Assembly (NCBI GenBank): GCA_947588855.1
Contig: CANQBN010000001.1
Location: 1-52,916, forward strand
Direction: 5' to 3'
Length of the DNA stretch: 52,916 nt
Origin: an uncultured Lachnospiraceae bacterium
Lineage (GTDB): Bacteria; Bacillota; Clostridia; Lachnospirales; Lachnospiraceae
This document shows, one piece after another, positions 28,746 to 38,570 of the stretch. Under the pieces are notes generated by a model. It was not told where the DNA came from, searched no databases, and worked only from the letters and a program-made list of their open reading frames with translations. The number at the start of each line of letters is the position of its first letter. Position 1 is the stretch's first letter. Position numbers and translations under genes: made by a program.

Positions 28746-31700
28746 TTATTCAAAATCTTCTTTAATCACATTCCAGGCAGCCTCCACGCTGTAATTCTCC
28801 CTGATATACTCCTGAGTTCTCTGACTCATTGCCTGGCAATCCGCGGGATTCATATACAACGCTGAGACAACTTCGGCAAAGGCCTCAGGCTGATCGGCAA
28901 TAGCCATCACCTGTTCTGCCTGAGGAATCCCCTCCGCGCCAATGGAAGTCGTAACGACAGCAGCCCCATGATACAGAGCCTCTACCACTTTGCCTTTTAC
29001 GCCCGCGCCATAACGGAGCGGAACCACCACCATTCTGGTGGTATCGTACAGCCCGGCCAGTTCCTCTTCGCTGACAAAGCCCTTGATGACGATGCCGCTG
29101 CCCGGCTGTTCCAGGGCCTTGATCTCTTCTGTCACCCGGGAACCAACCACATAGAAATCCGGCGGCGTCTGACCTGCATCTTCAAGATTCTTCCGAATCA
29201 GCGGATATACTTCCCGCGCAAACCACAAAACCGCGTCTCCATTAGGCGGATGAGCAAAGCCGCCTACAAACAGCAGCCCCTCTCTTTTCTCAAAGTTCGC
29301 AGGAATGTTATCCTTAAATCGGTCGTAAACATACGCCACAATGTCCTTCACAACAATGGCCTCATCTTCCGCTTTCACGGCATCCCGTTCCACAGAAGAT
29401 GGATAATAGGACACATCCGCTTTATAGAACAGAGACATCTCGATAGCCTTCCAGTATTCAGCGGATTTCAGCCTCTCTTCGTCCCTGCTCAGCATATATT
29501 CTCTGCCTTCTCTCAGGAAATGCAGATCGTGTCCATAGTAGATAATCCTGCAATTGGTATTCTCTTTCAGGAAATCCACATATTTAATGGCGATATGAGG
29601 GCGGTTCAAATAGGCAATGGCGATATCTTTGCCATGATCTCTCAGCCAGTTCCAGATACCGGCCTCATAGTCGGCGCCGGACAAAATTTCAATTCCCATC
29701 TGTTCAAGAACCGTAGAGTAAGGTTCCTCATGGGCGAAATTATCTCCCAGGAACTTAACAATATAGCCTTTGTCCACAAACATCTTCAGATATTGGAAGG
29801 TCGTCTTGGATCCAGCGTCCTTGTCATAGGTGGGCACATAATGGTCGATCACCAGGATGATCTTTTTCCCCATGCTTCGCTCTCTGGCCCGGAAAGGATC
29901 CGGATTTCCGGTATTCTCACATTGATCCGTCAGTTCATCTGCCCATTTTTCTTTCAACTTCTCCATGTTCTCCAGCTGATACCTTTTCAGACCTGTGCCC
30001 TGCACATCCGTTCCGTTGGATACGCCTTCGTAATGGATCACTTTGGAAAGAGGCTGATAGACCACCCGGTATCCGGCCTTTCTCACCTCAAAGGCCAGAT
30101 CCGAATCTTCACAGTACGCCGGGGCGTACCGCTCATCAAAGCCGCCGATCTGTTTCCACAGGTCATTGGGCAACAAAATTGCCGCGCCGGAAATGTAATC
30201 CACCTCCTTCACATAATTGTACTCCGGCTTATCCGGATTGTCCATGCGTCCATAATTCCAGCCGGAGCCGTCGCTCCAGATAATTCCGCCGGCCTCCTGA
30301 AGCTTTCCGTCAGGATAAACCAGCTTGGAACCCACCATTCCAATTGACGAATCCGATTTAATCAGATTTACCAGAGCGCTAAGCCAGCCTTCCGTCACCT
30401 GGGTATCGTTATTCAGGAACATAAGATACCGCCCTCTGGCTTTTTTCGCCGCGTTATTACAGTTCTTCAAAAATCCCTGATTGGTCCCATTACGGCAGAT
30501 TACGATTCCCTGGGCGTACTGTTCCAAATGACTTGTAGCGTCTGTGGACACATCGTCAGCGATAATAACCTCATAAGACACATCGGGCGTGTGGGCCAAA
30601 ACAGATACCAGACACAGGTACGTATACTGAATCTGATTGTATACCGGAACGATAATAGATACTTCCGGATTCTCCGCGTAAGGAAATACCAGTTTCCCAT
30701 GTTCCCGGTATACATCGCCGATCTCAAAATCTCCGTCCCGCAGGTTACGGCCCTCTTCTGTCTTATAAAACATGAAAGACCGAATGGGATGAAGCATATA
30801 TTCTTTTCTGTAGTGAAGCTTCTTCCGTTCCAGGGAACCTTGGGGGTATCTGGCGTTAAATTTCTCTCCCAGTTTTCTGCGAATCTTGAACACGACTGCC
30901 TCATGACGGTTCAGGTACGCCATAGTCTTGGCCATCTCATCGATTTCATGGCGCAGATCGCGGATCATCACCTCCAGATTGGCCACATGGTTATCCGTCA
31001 GTCGTTTTACTTCCGTCATTTTGCGCATGGCTGTATTCTGATCATGAACCTGAAGCCGCAGCCGCTCCGCCTGCTCTCTGGCCTGGGCCAATTCTCTGGA
31101 CATACGGCTGTATTCATTCTCCATCTGATCATAATCGGAAAACATTCTGGCATCTACAAGATAATTTTCCAGATAGATCTTCTGATTCTCCCCATGCACG
31201 TAATACTGGAAGGACCGTTCCATCTCCCCGTAGACTGCCTGAACCTCTTCCGCAATTCCGAAGGCGCTCAGCCACTGTCCCACGCCGGTATACCCGGCTA
31301 AAAGACTCTTAAACTGACGGTAAGCATAGTAAAGAATCCGATAACGTATAAACTCCACCGGAATGGGAAAAGAAAACACCCACTCATAATCCAGGCAGTA
31401 CATACCGTCATCCGTCAACAAAATATTTTCAAATAAAAGATCAATGTTGGATACACGGAAACAGGCCATCTGTTCACCGGTCTTCTCTTCCCTTTCGAGA
31501 AGCGCTTCCATAGACTCCCGGCCAAACACCTGCTCAAACGCCTCGCTCGCCGTGAAGGGGATTATAGCCGCCTCTTCCGCAGCCAGCAGAATATCAATGG
31601 TCTGCCGCATCAGTTCTACCGGTTCCTGTCCGGCATGAATCTCTTCATCCAGACGTCCGGATAAGGATCTGCCCTGAAGATACGGGAAACGACAGCTGCG

Positions 31701-32738
31701 CCTGTCAGCTCCGTCCTGCGGCCTGAGATACTTTAATATCTCATGCTGATTGGTCAGTGCCTCACAGTTAGCCGAAAACGCCCGGATATGCGCTTCGCCG
31801 GCAGGCATAAGAGCGGATTTCTCTACATATCGATTTATCCCGCTGCCGCAGATAGCTGTTTTAAGCTGAAACTCTTCCTCTCTGGTACGATTATATTTTA
31901 AATATTGAGGTCCGTCTGTCTGCAGATATTTTCCTCTGTCCTTTCTCCAGATAATCAGATAGCCATTGGCATACTGCTCAAACTGACCGTCCCTGCAGAC
32001 CGCGTCATAAGACGCAGCCAGATCAAGAAAACTATACTGGGGAAAATCATAGGCAGTAATCGTATCCGTCAGATCTCCCTCTTTAGGCAGATAGGCATCA
32101 GAAAAAATGGAAATCGGCAGTTTGTAATCCGGCATGGGGTAATAAAACTCCAAATCTCCACCGTTTTCCTCTTCCGAAATCAGCTTTATCAGCGTCTTCT
32201 TTGAAAAACTGCAGTCATCCCTGGCCGCCCCTGCCCAATATTTCAACCCGAAGGGATTGGCCGCCGCTGCCAGAAGCTGTCCGCCCGGCTTCAGAAACTT
32301 CTTCGCCAGGCGGATTTGTTCCTGACAGTCTTCCTCCAGCGTCCCGATCAGAATCACATAATCATAACGTTCATCTGTCTGAGCCAGATATTCCTCCAGA
32401 CTCCCCTGAACATAATTTACATTGGCGCATTCTCCCGATTCTACATGACGGAGACGGTTAATCTCCAGGTTGACCCATGACGTGTCAATTACGTCTACTT
32501 TCGACACCCTGCTGCTATAGAGACCGGTCATGGCGCCGAAATCCGAGCCAATCTGCAGAAGCGTCCCTTCCGCCCGGAACGGATACCACTCCAACAGATT
32601 CTCTCTCATGGGCGACAGGGCATATAGATAATCAAGACTTACGTTCGTGCTGAGAGCCGCCCGATTGTCCCCTCCGTAAGTCTTTACCACTCCCAGCACT
32701 TTTCTTTCCAGTTCTGTTCTTTCTTTCTCAGATCTCAT
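28746..32738 (-). CDS. Multidomain glycan polymerase/terminator: methyltransferase-like, kinase-like, coiled coil, GT2 and GT4-like domains
   Basis: LLQIGSDFG (methyltransferase motif I-like), IDLLFENIL...LDYEW (kinase-like), heptad-rich helix, VSIIVPVYN...ADD...FLNND...EDSD (GT2), FVGGFAHPPN...PLRYGAGVKGKVVEAL (GT4-like). Confidence 0.88.
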   Translation of the reverse strand: MRSEKERTELERKVLGVVKTYGGDNRAALSTNVSLDYLYALSPMRENLLEWYPFRAEGTLLQIGSDFGAMTGLYSSRVSKVDVIDTSWVNLEINRLRHVESGECANVNYVQGSLEEYLAQTDERYDYVILIGTLEEDCQEQIRLAKKFLKPGGQLLAAAANPFGLKYWAGAARDDCSFSKKTLIKLISEEENGGDLEFYYPMPDYKLPISIFSDAYLPKEGDLTDTITAYDFPQYSFLDLAASYDAVCRDGQFEQYANGYLIIWRKDRGKYLQTDGPQYLKYNRTREEEFQLKTAICGSGINRYVEKSALMPAGEAHIRAFSANCEALTNQHEILKYLRPQDGADRRSCRFPYLQGRSLSGRLDEEIHAGQEPVELMRQTIDILLAAEEAAIIPFTASEAFEQVFGRESMEALLEREEKTGEQMACFRVSNIDLLFENILLTDDGMYCLDYEWVFSFPIPVEFIRYRILYYAYRQFKSLLAGYTGVGQWLSAFGIAEEVQAVYGEMERSFQYYVHGENQKIYLENYLVDARMFSDYDQMENEYSRMSRELAQAREQAERLRLQVHDQNTAMRKMTEVKRLTDNHVANLEVMIRDLRHEIDEMAKTMAYLNRHEAVVFKIRRKLGEKFNARYPQGSLERKKLHYRKEYMLHPIRSFMFYKTEEGRNLRDGDFEIGDVYREHGKLVFPYAENPEVSIIVPVYNQIQYTYLCLVSVLAHTPDVSYEVIIADDVSTDATSHLEQYAQGIVICRNGTNQGFLKNCNNAAKKARGRYLMFLNNDTQVTEGWLSALVNLIKSDSSIGMVGSKLVYPDGKLQEAGGIIWSDGSGWNYGRMDNPDKPEYNYVKEVDYISGAAILLPNDLWKQIGGFDERYAPAYCEDSDLAFEVRKAGYRVVYQPLSKVIHYEGVSNGTDVQGTGLKRYQLENMEKLKEKWADELTDQCENTGNPDPFRARERSMGKKIILVIDHYVPTYDKDAGSKTTFQYLKMFVDKGYIVKFLGDNFAHEEPYSTVLEQMGIEILSGADYEAGIWNWLRDHGKDIAIAYLNRPHIAIKYVDFLKENTNCRIIYYGHDLHFLREGREYMLSRDEERLKSAEYWKAIEMSLFYKADVSYYPSSVERDAVKAEDEAIVVKDIVAYVYDRFKDNIPANFEKREGLLFVGGFAHPPNGDAVLWFAREVYPLIRKNLEDAGQTPPDFYVVGSRVTEEIKALEQPGSGIVIKGFVSEEELAGLYDTTRMVVVPLRYGAGVKGKVVEALYHGAAVVTTSIGAEGIPQAEQVMAIADQPEAFAEVVSALYMNPADCQAMSQRTQEYIRENYSVEAAWNVIKEDFE

Positions 32739-32740
32739 GC

Positions 32741-34111
32741 TTATCCTTTCGTCTTCACAAGCGTTGCCTCTACCTGTGATTCCATATCATAAACACCTAC
32801 TGTATTTTTGTTGGAAATTACTGTCAGATTTAAAATATCATACAGGCGGTGATACACCACATGTTCGCCCAGCTCAAAACCGGTACAGCTCATAGACAGC
32901 AGATACTCGCCGCCCTGAAGAGTCATTTTCTGAGTGAAAGATACTTCGTACTCATCTCCGTTTCCTACCGGTTTGATGTCCGTCCCCTCATACATAGTAT
33001 TGGTGCCCGACAGATCGGTGCCCTTTTTATCTTTAATCGTATAGGTAAAAATCGGCGTCTGTACGGAGGCATGAAAACGGATCTTCTCTTTAATGGTAAA
33101 CTGTTCTCCCTTCAAAAGAAGATTAGTCAGATTCCCTCTCCCGTCAAGAAGCCCCATATCATAGATCTCAGCCCGGCCATCACCATACTCAGTACGGTTA
33201 GGATTAATGGTCAGCTTGTCCTTCATAAGACCGCTGCGGGATTTCCCTGAGCCGCCGACTGTTTTTTCAGGACTCTCTTTCCCACCGCCGGTTCCGTCCA
33301 TTTCCCGGGACTGTTCTTCCCCTGAGACGCCCTCCTTCTGCCGGCGCTCTTCCTCCAGTTCCTCCGCCAGAGAGTCCATCTGGTTAGCCAGAATCTTCTT
33401 ATACAAATCCACCATATGTCCGGCGGTTCCCTCCGCCACAAAATTACCTTTATTCAGAAGGACCACCTTATCGCAATATTTAAGAATACTGCCCATGTCA
33501 TGAGTCACCATAAGAATGGTAGTCCCCTTCTCACGAATCTCCTCCATCCGGCGGTAACATTTTGCCTGAAAGAACACATCGCCTACGGACAAAGCTTCAT
33601 CTACAATCAGGATCTCCGGTTCCACATTGATGGCCAGGGCAAAGGCCAGGCGAACAAACATACCGCTGGAATAGGTTTTCACCGGCTGATACACAAAATC
33701 ACCGATGTCGGCAAAATCCAGGATATCCGCCAGCTTAGCCTCCATTTCCTTTCGTGAAAAACCCATCATGCTGCCGTTCATGTAGATATTCTCGATGCCG
33801 GTATAATCCATATTGAATCCAGCCCCCAGCTCCAGAAGGGCCGACACGGTCCCATTCACCTTCACTTCTCCCGTCGTAGGAGACAGCACGCCGGTGATAA
33901 TCTTCAAAATCGTGGATTTGCCGGAGCCGTTGGTCCCGATAATGCCTACCGTCTGCCCTTTTTCCACGGAAAAGGAAAGGCCGTTCAGGGCGTAGAATTT
34001 CTTATGATACTCCTTATGAAAAGGACTGAGGGATTCTTTCAGCCGGTCGATGGGCTTATCATACAGCTTATATACTTTTGTCACATCTTTTACGACGATG
34101 GCATGTTCCAT
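32741..34111 (-). CDS. wzt: Polysaccharide ABC exporter ATPase with C-terminal Wzt_C carbohydrate-binding domain
   Basis: GTNGSGKST, YSSGM, IVDEALSVGD, plus a ~150-aa C-terminal extension beginning YGDGRAEI. Confidence 0.93.
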   Translation of the reverse strand: MEHAIVVKDVTKVYKLYDKPIDRLKESLSPFHKEYHKKFYALNGLSFSVEKGQTVGIIGTNGSGKSTILKIITGVLSPTTGEVKVNGTVSALLELGAGFNMDYTGIENIYMNGSMMGFSRKEMEAKLADILDFADIGDFVYQPVKTYSSGMFVRLAFALAINVEPEILIVDEALSVGDVFFQAKCYRRMEEIREKGTTILMVTHDMGSILKYCDKVVLLNKGNFVAEGTAGHMVDLYKKILANQMDSLAEELEEERRQKEGVSGEEQSREMDGTGGGKESPEKTVGGSGKSRSGLMKDKLTINPNRTEYGDGRAEIYDMGLLDGRGNLTNLLLKGEQFTIKEKIRFHASVQTPIFTYTIKDKKGTDLSGTNTMYEGTDIKPVGNGDEYEVSFTQKMTLQGGEYLLSMSCTGFELGEHVVYHRLYDILNLTVISNKNTVGVYDMESQVEATLVKTKG

Positions 34112-34126
34112 TCTGATTCCTTCCTC

Positions 34127-34939
34127 CTACAGCACATCGGAAAAATGCGGCCTCAGCCGTTTAAAGACCTTAAGTCCCGCCAGGAAAAGCGCTGCCGTCA
34201 CCGCCCAGAAATACAGAGTATTGAAGGGTCTCTCCCAGAATCCATGGCCCGTCAGCATACTGTCCCGATATCCGGCAGAAATATAATATACCGGATTGAT
34301 CTTAAGCACCTGGTCAAGCCAGGCCGGACGGCTGGGGAACATAGCCGGATCCCACATAATGGGCGTCAGCCACATGCCAAACTGAAGACAGATATTGACG
34401 ATCTGCGCCATATCCTTGAAAAATACGTTGACCGCACTGGTAAAATAAGTGATTCCCAGAGAAAACACACTGGCCGCCAGACTATAATAGGCCACCTGAA
34501 TCCAGCTGATACGGGGAAAGCGGCCGTACAGCAGAAACACCACCGTCATAATAACGACAAAAATTCCGTGAACCAGCAGACAGGAGATCATCTTGATGAT
34601 CGGCAGAATCTCCACCTGGAAAACCACCTTCTTTACCAGATAATTGTATTCCTGCAGACATCCGGTTCCCGCGTTCAGAGCCTCACTTACATAGAACCAG
34701 GGCACAATACCCGGTATCAGCCACAGCACATAAGGAAAACCCGGCACCGGCGGCGCGCTCTTAAAACCCATCTGAAACACAAAAAAATAGATAAGTACCG
34801 TAACTACCGGCTGAACGAACATCCATACTACGCCAAAATAAGAACCCACGAACCGCTTTCGAAAATCGGCCTTCGACAGATCCCAGATCAGCTTTCTTTT
34901 CTTGATAATCTCCTTTGACAGAGACAGCAGGTAATTCAT
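34127..34939 (-). CDS. wzm: Polysaccharide ABC exporter permease
   Basis: DFRKRFVGSYFGVVW, PW, LVKKVVF, TPIMW, NP and FSDVL. Six hydrophobic segments. Confidence 0.92.
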   Translation of the reverse strand: MNYLLSLSKEIIKKRKLIWDLSKADFRKRFVGSYFGVVWMFVQPVVTVLIYFFVFQMGFKSAPPVPGFPYVLWLIPGIVPWFYVSEALNAGTGCLQEYNYLVKKVVFQVEILPIIKMISCLLVHGIFVVIMTVVFLLYGRFPRISWIQVAYYSLAASVFSLGITYFTSAVNVFFKDMAQIVNICLQFGMWLTPIMWDPAMFPSRPAWLDQVLKINPVYYISAGYRDSMLTGHGFWERPFNTLYFWAVTAALFLAGLKVFKRLRPHFSDVL

Positions 34940-34992
34940 AGCATCATTCCCATACATCCGTGCATCCGGAAACCCAACGACACGGGTTTTTC

Positions 34993-35547
34993 TCAAAATT
35001 TAAAGGTCTCGGCAAGGCCGCCCCATTTTTTGTCTTTCTCGGACATAATCAGCTCCATATCTTCCGGAATCGGCCAGTCTACTCCGATTTCCGGATCGTT
35101 ATAGGCCAATCCGCCCTCATCTCCCGGGTGATAAAAATCTGTCACTTTATAAGCGAATTCCGCTTCCTCAGATAACACCAGAAATCCATGGGCAAACCCT
35201 TCCGATATGTAAAACTGTTTCTTATTCTCGGCAGTCAGTTCTACACCGACCCACTTTCCATAGGTTTTGGAACTGGTCCGCAGATCTACCGCCACATCAA
35301 AGACCCGGCCGCTGATAACCCGTACCAGCTTGCCCTGAGGGAACTGTTTCTGATAATGAAGACCGCGAAGAACTCCCCTAACAGACATGGACTGATTATC
35401 CTGTACAAAAACCATGTTCAGCCCGGCTTCCGCAAAATCTTTCTGATTATATGTCTCTACAAAGTATCCTCTTTCGTCCTTAAACACTGTCGGTTCAATT
35501 ACATAGAGTCCTTCTATCTCACAGGGGGTCACTTTTATCTTTCCCAT
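34993..35547 (-). CDS. rmlC: dTDP-4-dehydrorhamnose 3,5-epimerase
   Basis: DERGYF, QDNQS.S..GVLRGLH, GKLVRV, DVAVDLR, GFAHGF. Confidence 0.96.
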   Translation of the reverse strand: MGKIKVTPCEIEGLYVIEPTVFKDERGYFVETYNQKDFAEAGLNMVFVQDNQSMSVRGVLRGLHYQKQFPQGKLVRVISGRVFDVAVDLRTSSKTYGKWVGVELTAENKKQFYISEGFAHGFLVLSEEAEFAYKVTDFYHPGDEGGLAYNDPEIGVDWPIPEDMELIMSEKDKKWGGLAETFKF

Positions 35548-35561
35548 AAACCTATCCTTTC

Positions 35562-37247
35562 TTATAATCTGGTGCAGACCACGCTGAACAGTCTGAATAC
35601 TACATATAGATTCATACAACACATCACATACAATATACTACGGTTTCTGTTCTTTGTCAAAACCAACCAGTCATTTTTGCACGTCATAAGGAGAACCGGC
35701 AGAAACGGCAGAAAATACCGTCCCTGAACTCCTTCTATTACCGTTGAAGTCTGAGGTGTGCAGGAAATCAGCATGGACAGCATGAGCGCCGCTCCGCAGA
35801 CCACGCAGACCACGATCACCCAGACCCGCCGGCCTCCGACAATCCGAAGAGACTCGCCGGGTTTGCGGAAGGCCAGAAGCAGCAGCCCCGCCGTGTAAAG
35901 AAGGACCGCCTGATAGGGCACGTACAGCACCGGATCCAGGTTGCCCAGGTTGGAGCCGATCATGGTAAGATGATACTCATCCATCTGGTGGACAATAGTA
36001 TTGGAAAAAATCTGCATAAGCAGCCCCGGCCGGTGAAGAAGAAGTCTCAGACTGAAACCGGCTTCCTCCGTTCCGGAAACCAGAGCATCTGTGACCGCGG
36101 CGTAATCTGCTACTACCCGGCCGTTTACCAGAACCATGGCAATCACCCAGACTCCTGCCACCGCCATCGCAGAAAGCAGCCATTTCCCCCAACCGCCGAA
36201 CTTCTTAACAGGAATCAAAAGGCACAGCCCCATGAGGACCCCGTAAACCATCTTACAGGGGCCTGCAACGCCCATGAGGACAGCCAGAAGCAAAATATCC
36301 CTCACTTCCACCTTCTCCTTCTCATATGCCAGATCCAGACACACTGCAGTAAACAGAAACATACAGGCCAGAATCATCACGTCATAGGAAAAGGAGGCCG
36401 AAAGATGCAGCGTCATCGGCAGCAGAGCAACGCCGAAAAGCACTTCCTTTCCGAAAGGCAGACGCTTCATGGCCAGCCACGTTATCGCTACAAAAAACAA
36501 CAGATTCATCAGCCTTCCAAGATACAGAAGCCACAGGCTGTCCCGATTCAGAAGCCGGGCCAGAGCGATTCCCACCGCCTGGGGCACATACACAAGCGGA
36601 GTAGTCACAACCGGCGGATAGGGCGATACCGCATATTCCGAAAGAGTCCCGTCTCCCCCCTGTTGGCTTAACGACTCCGCCAGACGGTCCATCCAGGCGT
36701 CAACGTCTAAATCCGATCCGTAGATAACCTTATAGGTATCTTCCGTCAGAACCTGCCCCAAAAGCGTCGGCCATCTGCTCTCATCGGAGGATTCCTGCCG
36801 CGTCAAATAGTCCTTCTCCTGAACCGGAGCCACCCCATACACATCCTCAATCATCCAGTCCTGGACCCGGACCAGCACATGGCCGTCCTCACTGTTGGAA
36901 GGCTGTCCAAGCATATGGCTGGACAACTGATAAGCGCTGATATAATGGCTGATCTCATCCGGAGCTGAAAGCGGCGGCAGAACCGTCATATATAGCAGAC
37001 CAAGAAAAAGGCCTGCGGCCGGATAAATCTGTGACAGCTTCCATTCATGTCCCCTGCATTTTTCAAAAAACAAAAAACCCACGGCAGCCGCCCCGGCGAG
37101 ACCGGCCGCCAACAGCTTTACATACAGTCCAAACAGCCAGCTGTCCCCGGTTGCCAAAGCTCCGGACTGCACCGCCGGCATATGCAGAAGCCACAGAATT
37201 ATCAGAACCGGAATCCCGATAATCCAGAGCCTACTTCGTCCCTTCAT
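35562..37247 (-). CDS. DUF2142 / GacL-like polytopic GT-C glycosyltransferase
   Basis: PPLSAPDEISH after the first TM helices, GRLMN, SYD and QGRYFLP. Many TM helices. Confidence 0.78.
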   Translation of the reverse strand: MKGRSRLWIIGIPVLIILWLLHMPAVQSGALATGDSWLFGLYVKLLAAGLAGAAAVGFLFFEKCRGHEWKLSQIYPAAGLFLGLLYMTVLPPLSAPDEISHYISAYQLSSHMLGQPSNSEDGHVLVRVQDWMIEDVYGVAPVQEKDYLTRQESSDESRWPTLLGQVLTEDTYKVIYGSDLDVDAWMDRLAESLSQQGGDGTLSEYAVSPYPPVVTTPLVYVPQAVGIALARLLNRDSLWLLYLGRLMNLLFFVAITWLAMKRLPFGKEVLFGVALLPMTLHLSASFSYDVMILACMFLFTAVCLDLAYEKEKVEVRDILLLAVLMGVAGPCKMVYGVLMGLCLLIPVKKFGGWGKWLLSAMAVAGVWVIAMVLVNGRVVADYAAVTDALVSGTEEAGFSLRLLLHRPGLLMQIFSNTIVHQMDEYHLTMIGSNLGNLDPVLYVPYQAVLLYTAGLLLLAFRKPGESLRIVGGRRVWVIVVCVVCGAALMLSMLISCTPQTSTVIEGVQGRYFLPFLPVLLMTCKNDWLVLTKNRNRSILYVMCCMNLYVVFRLFSVVCTRL

Positions 37248-37611
37248 CGGCTTCCTCCATTCCCTGTTCACGTTCTTCCGTTTTCTTCTCATCCAGAGCC
37301 ATTTTCTGCACCAGTTCCTTAATTCTTGTTTCCAGCTGAGAGATATGAATAGTCATGTAAAATACTTTTACAATCAATACAAAGATAGCAAACAAAAACA
37401 GAAAATTAGCGGTAGAATAAATTCCCAGGCAATGAGCGATAAAATCCGCCACGGCGGGAAAAATACTGAACACAACCAGTACCAGCGACAGAACAAGCCA
37501 AAAGACAGCGCTCTCAATCTGTATTTTTGACTGACGGATCTTGCGCAGCATCAAAAACATGGTCGTTACCGATACCAGTATCAGCAGAACACGCAGCGTT
37601 ACGGTCATCAT
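37231..37611 (-). CDS. DUF2304 / GacJ-like small membrane protein
   Basis: Three TM helices, FP..A..LGI...ANF and C-terminal IS.LE.RIKELVQ.MAL. Confidence 0.82.
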   Translation of the reverse strand: MMTVTLRVLLILVSVTTMFLMLRKIRQSKIQIESAVFWLVLSLVLVVFSIFPAVADFIAHCLGIYSTANFLFLFAIFVLIVKVFYMTIHISQLETRIKELVQKMALDEKKTEEREQGMEEADEGTK

Positions 37612-38570
37612 GATCTATCCCTCCCTTTCCGCTTTTCCCAGTATGTCCGGTTGGCCGTGCACATAAGTACCAGAAATCCCGGCAGAGAATGATAACGCTT
37701 GCCCAGACAATAGCCGGCGTATTTACATCCGCTGCTTACGATCAGCGACGGCAAGAGCCAGAATTTTCCCTGACGCAGAAGCCATTCGGCAGTCTGTTTC
37801 ACAAGCCGAATCCCCTCTCCTTCCGAGGGCAGGTTCAGGAATACTTCCGGATGGTCGGCCTGTGACACAGCCAGATCAAAATTCCGCCGGAACTGCTGAA
37901 GCGGCGACAGATTATGGGAATGTATCACCCTGGCCTCCGCGGCATAGGCAATCGCATAATCTGCGCGAATAACGCCTGCAGCATAAATCATATCCTCATT
38001 AAAAATAGTCCGATTCACGAATCCGCCCTGCTTTTCGAAAATATCTCTCCAGTATCCGCAGCACACATTTGAGGCAAAATATGTTTTTATTCCCAGTTCA
38101 GGCAGATCCTCTTTCGTCTTTATGACGCTCTTTCCCGGATAATTAAAACTCCTGGTGTATCTCTCTATCGTTCTGCAGTCTCTGGCGGGCATCTGCCTGG
38201 CATAGGCCATGGCCACCCGCTCCCCCTTCGGTCCTCTCTGGTTCAGAGCGGCTGTCAGCCGTTCCACCAGATAAACATCCTGGGGAACCGCGTCATCTGT
38301 CATGAAAATTATAATATCCGCCCTGGAAAAACCGGCCCCCAGATTTCTTGAGGCCCCATGGTCAAACTGCTCCCTGGTCACATGATGAACCGTCAGATTA
38401 TCAAGGCCCTCATAACCCGAAGCATTCCAGTATTTTTTCTCCGTATTAATGACAATAATCCGATTCACCGGGTACGTCTGCTTTTCCAGCATCATAAGAA
38501 GCCGGGCAAAATGCCTGTCCGGCTGAAATACCGGTATGATTACATCCACGCTGAACCTGTTATTATCCAT
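37608..38570 (-). CDS. GT2 glycosyltransferase, rhamnosyltransferase-like
   Basis: VDVIIP, FDHGASRN, MTDDA, YARQMP, NED, HSH. Confidence 0.87.
   Translation of the reverse strand: MDNNRFSVDVIIPVFQPDRHFARLLMMLEKQTYPVNRIIVINTEKKYWNASGYEGLDNLTVHHVTREQFDHGASRNLGAGFSRADIIIFMTDDAVPQDVYLVERLTAALNQRGPKGERVAMAYARQMPARDCRTIERYTRSFNYPGKSVIKTKEDLPELGIKTYFASNVCCGYWRDIFEKQGGFVNRTIFNEDMIYAAGVIRADYAIAYAAEARVIHSHNLSPLQQFRRNFDLAVSQADHPEVFLNLPSEGEGIRLVKQTAEWLLRQGKFWLLPSLIVSSGCKYAGYCLGKRYHSLPGFLVLMCTANRTYWEKRKGRDRS

Noticed and set aside
28968-30347. 459-aa plus-strand ORF, and similar ORFs at 34004-34918, 49015-49878, 50227-51036 and 51348-52400
   Set aside because: Antisense shadows of well-supported minus-strand genes, with no motifs.
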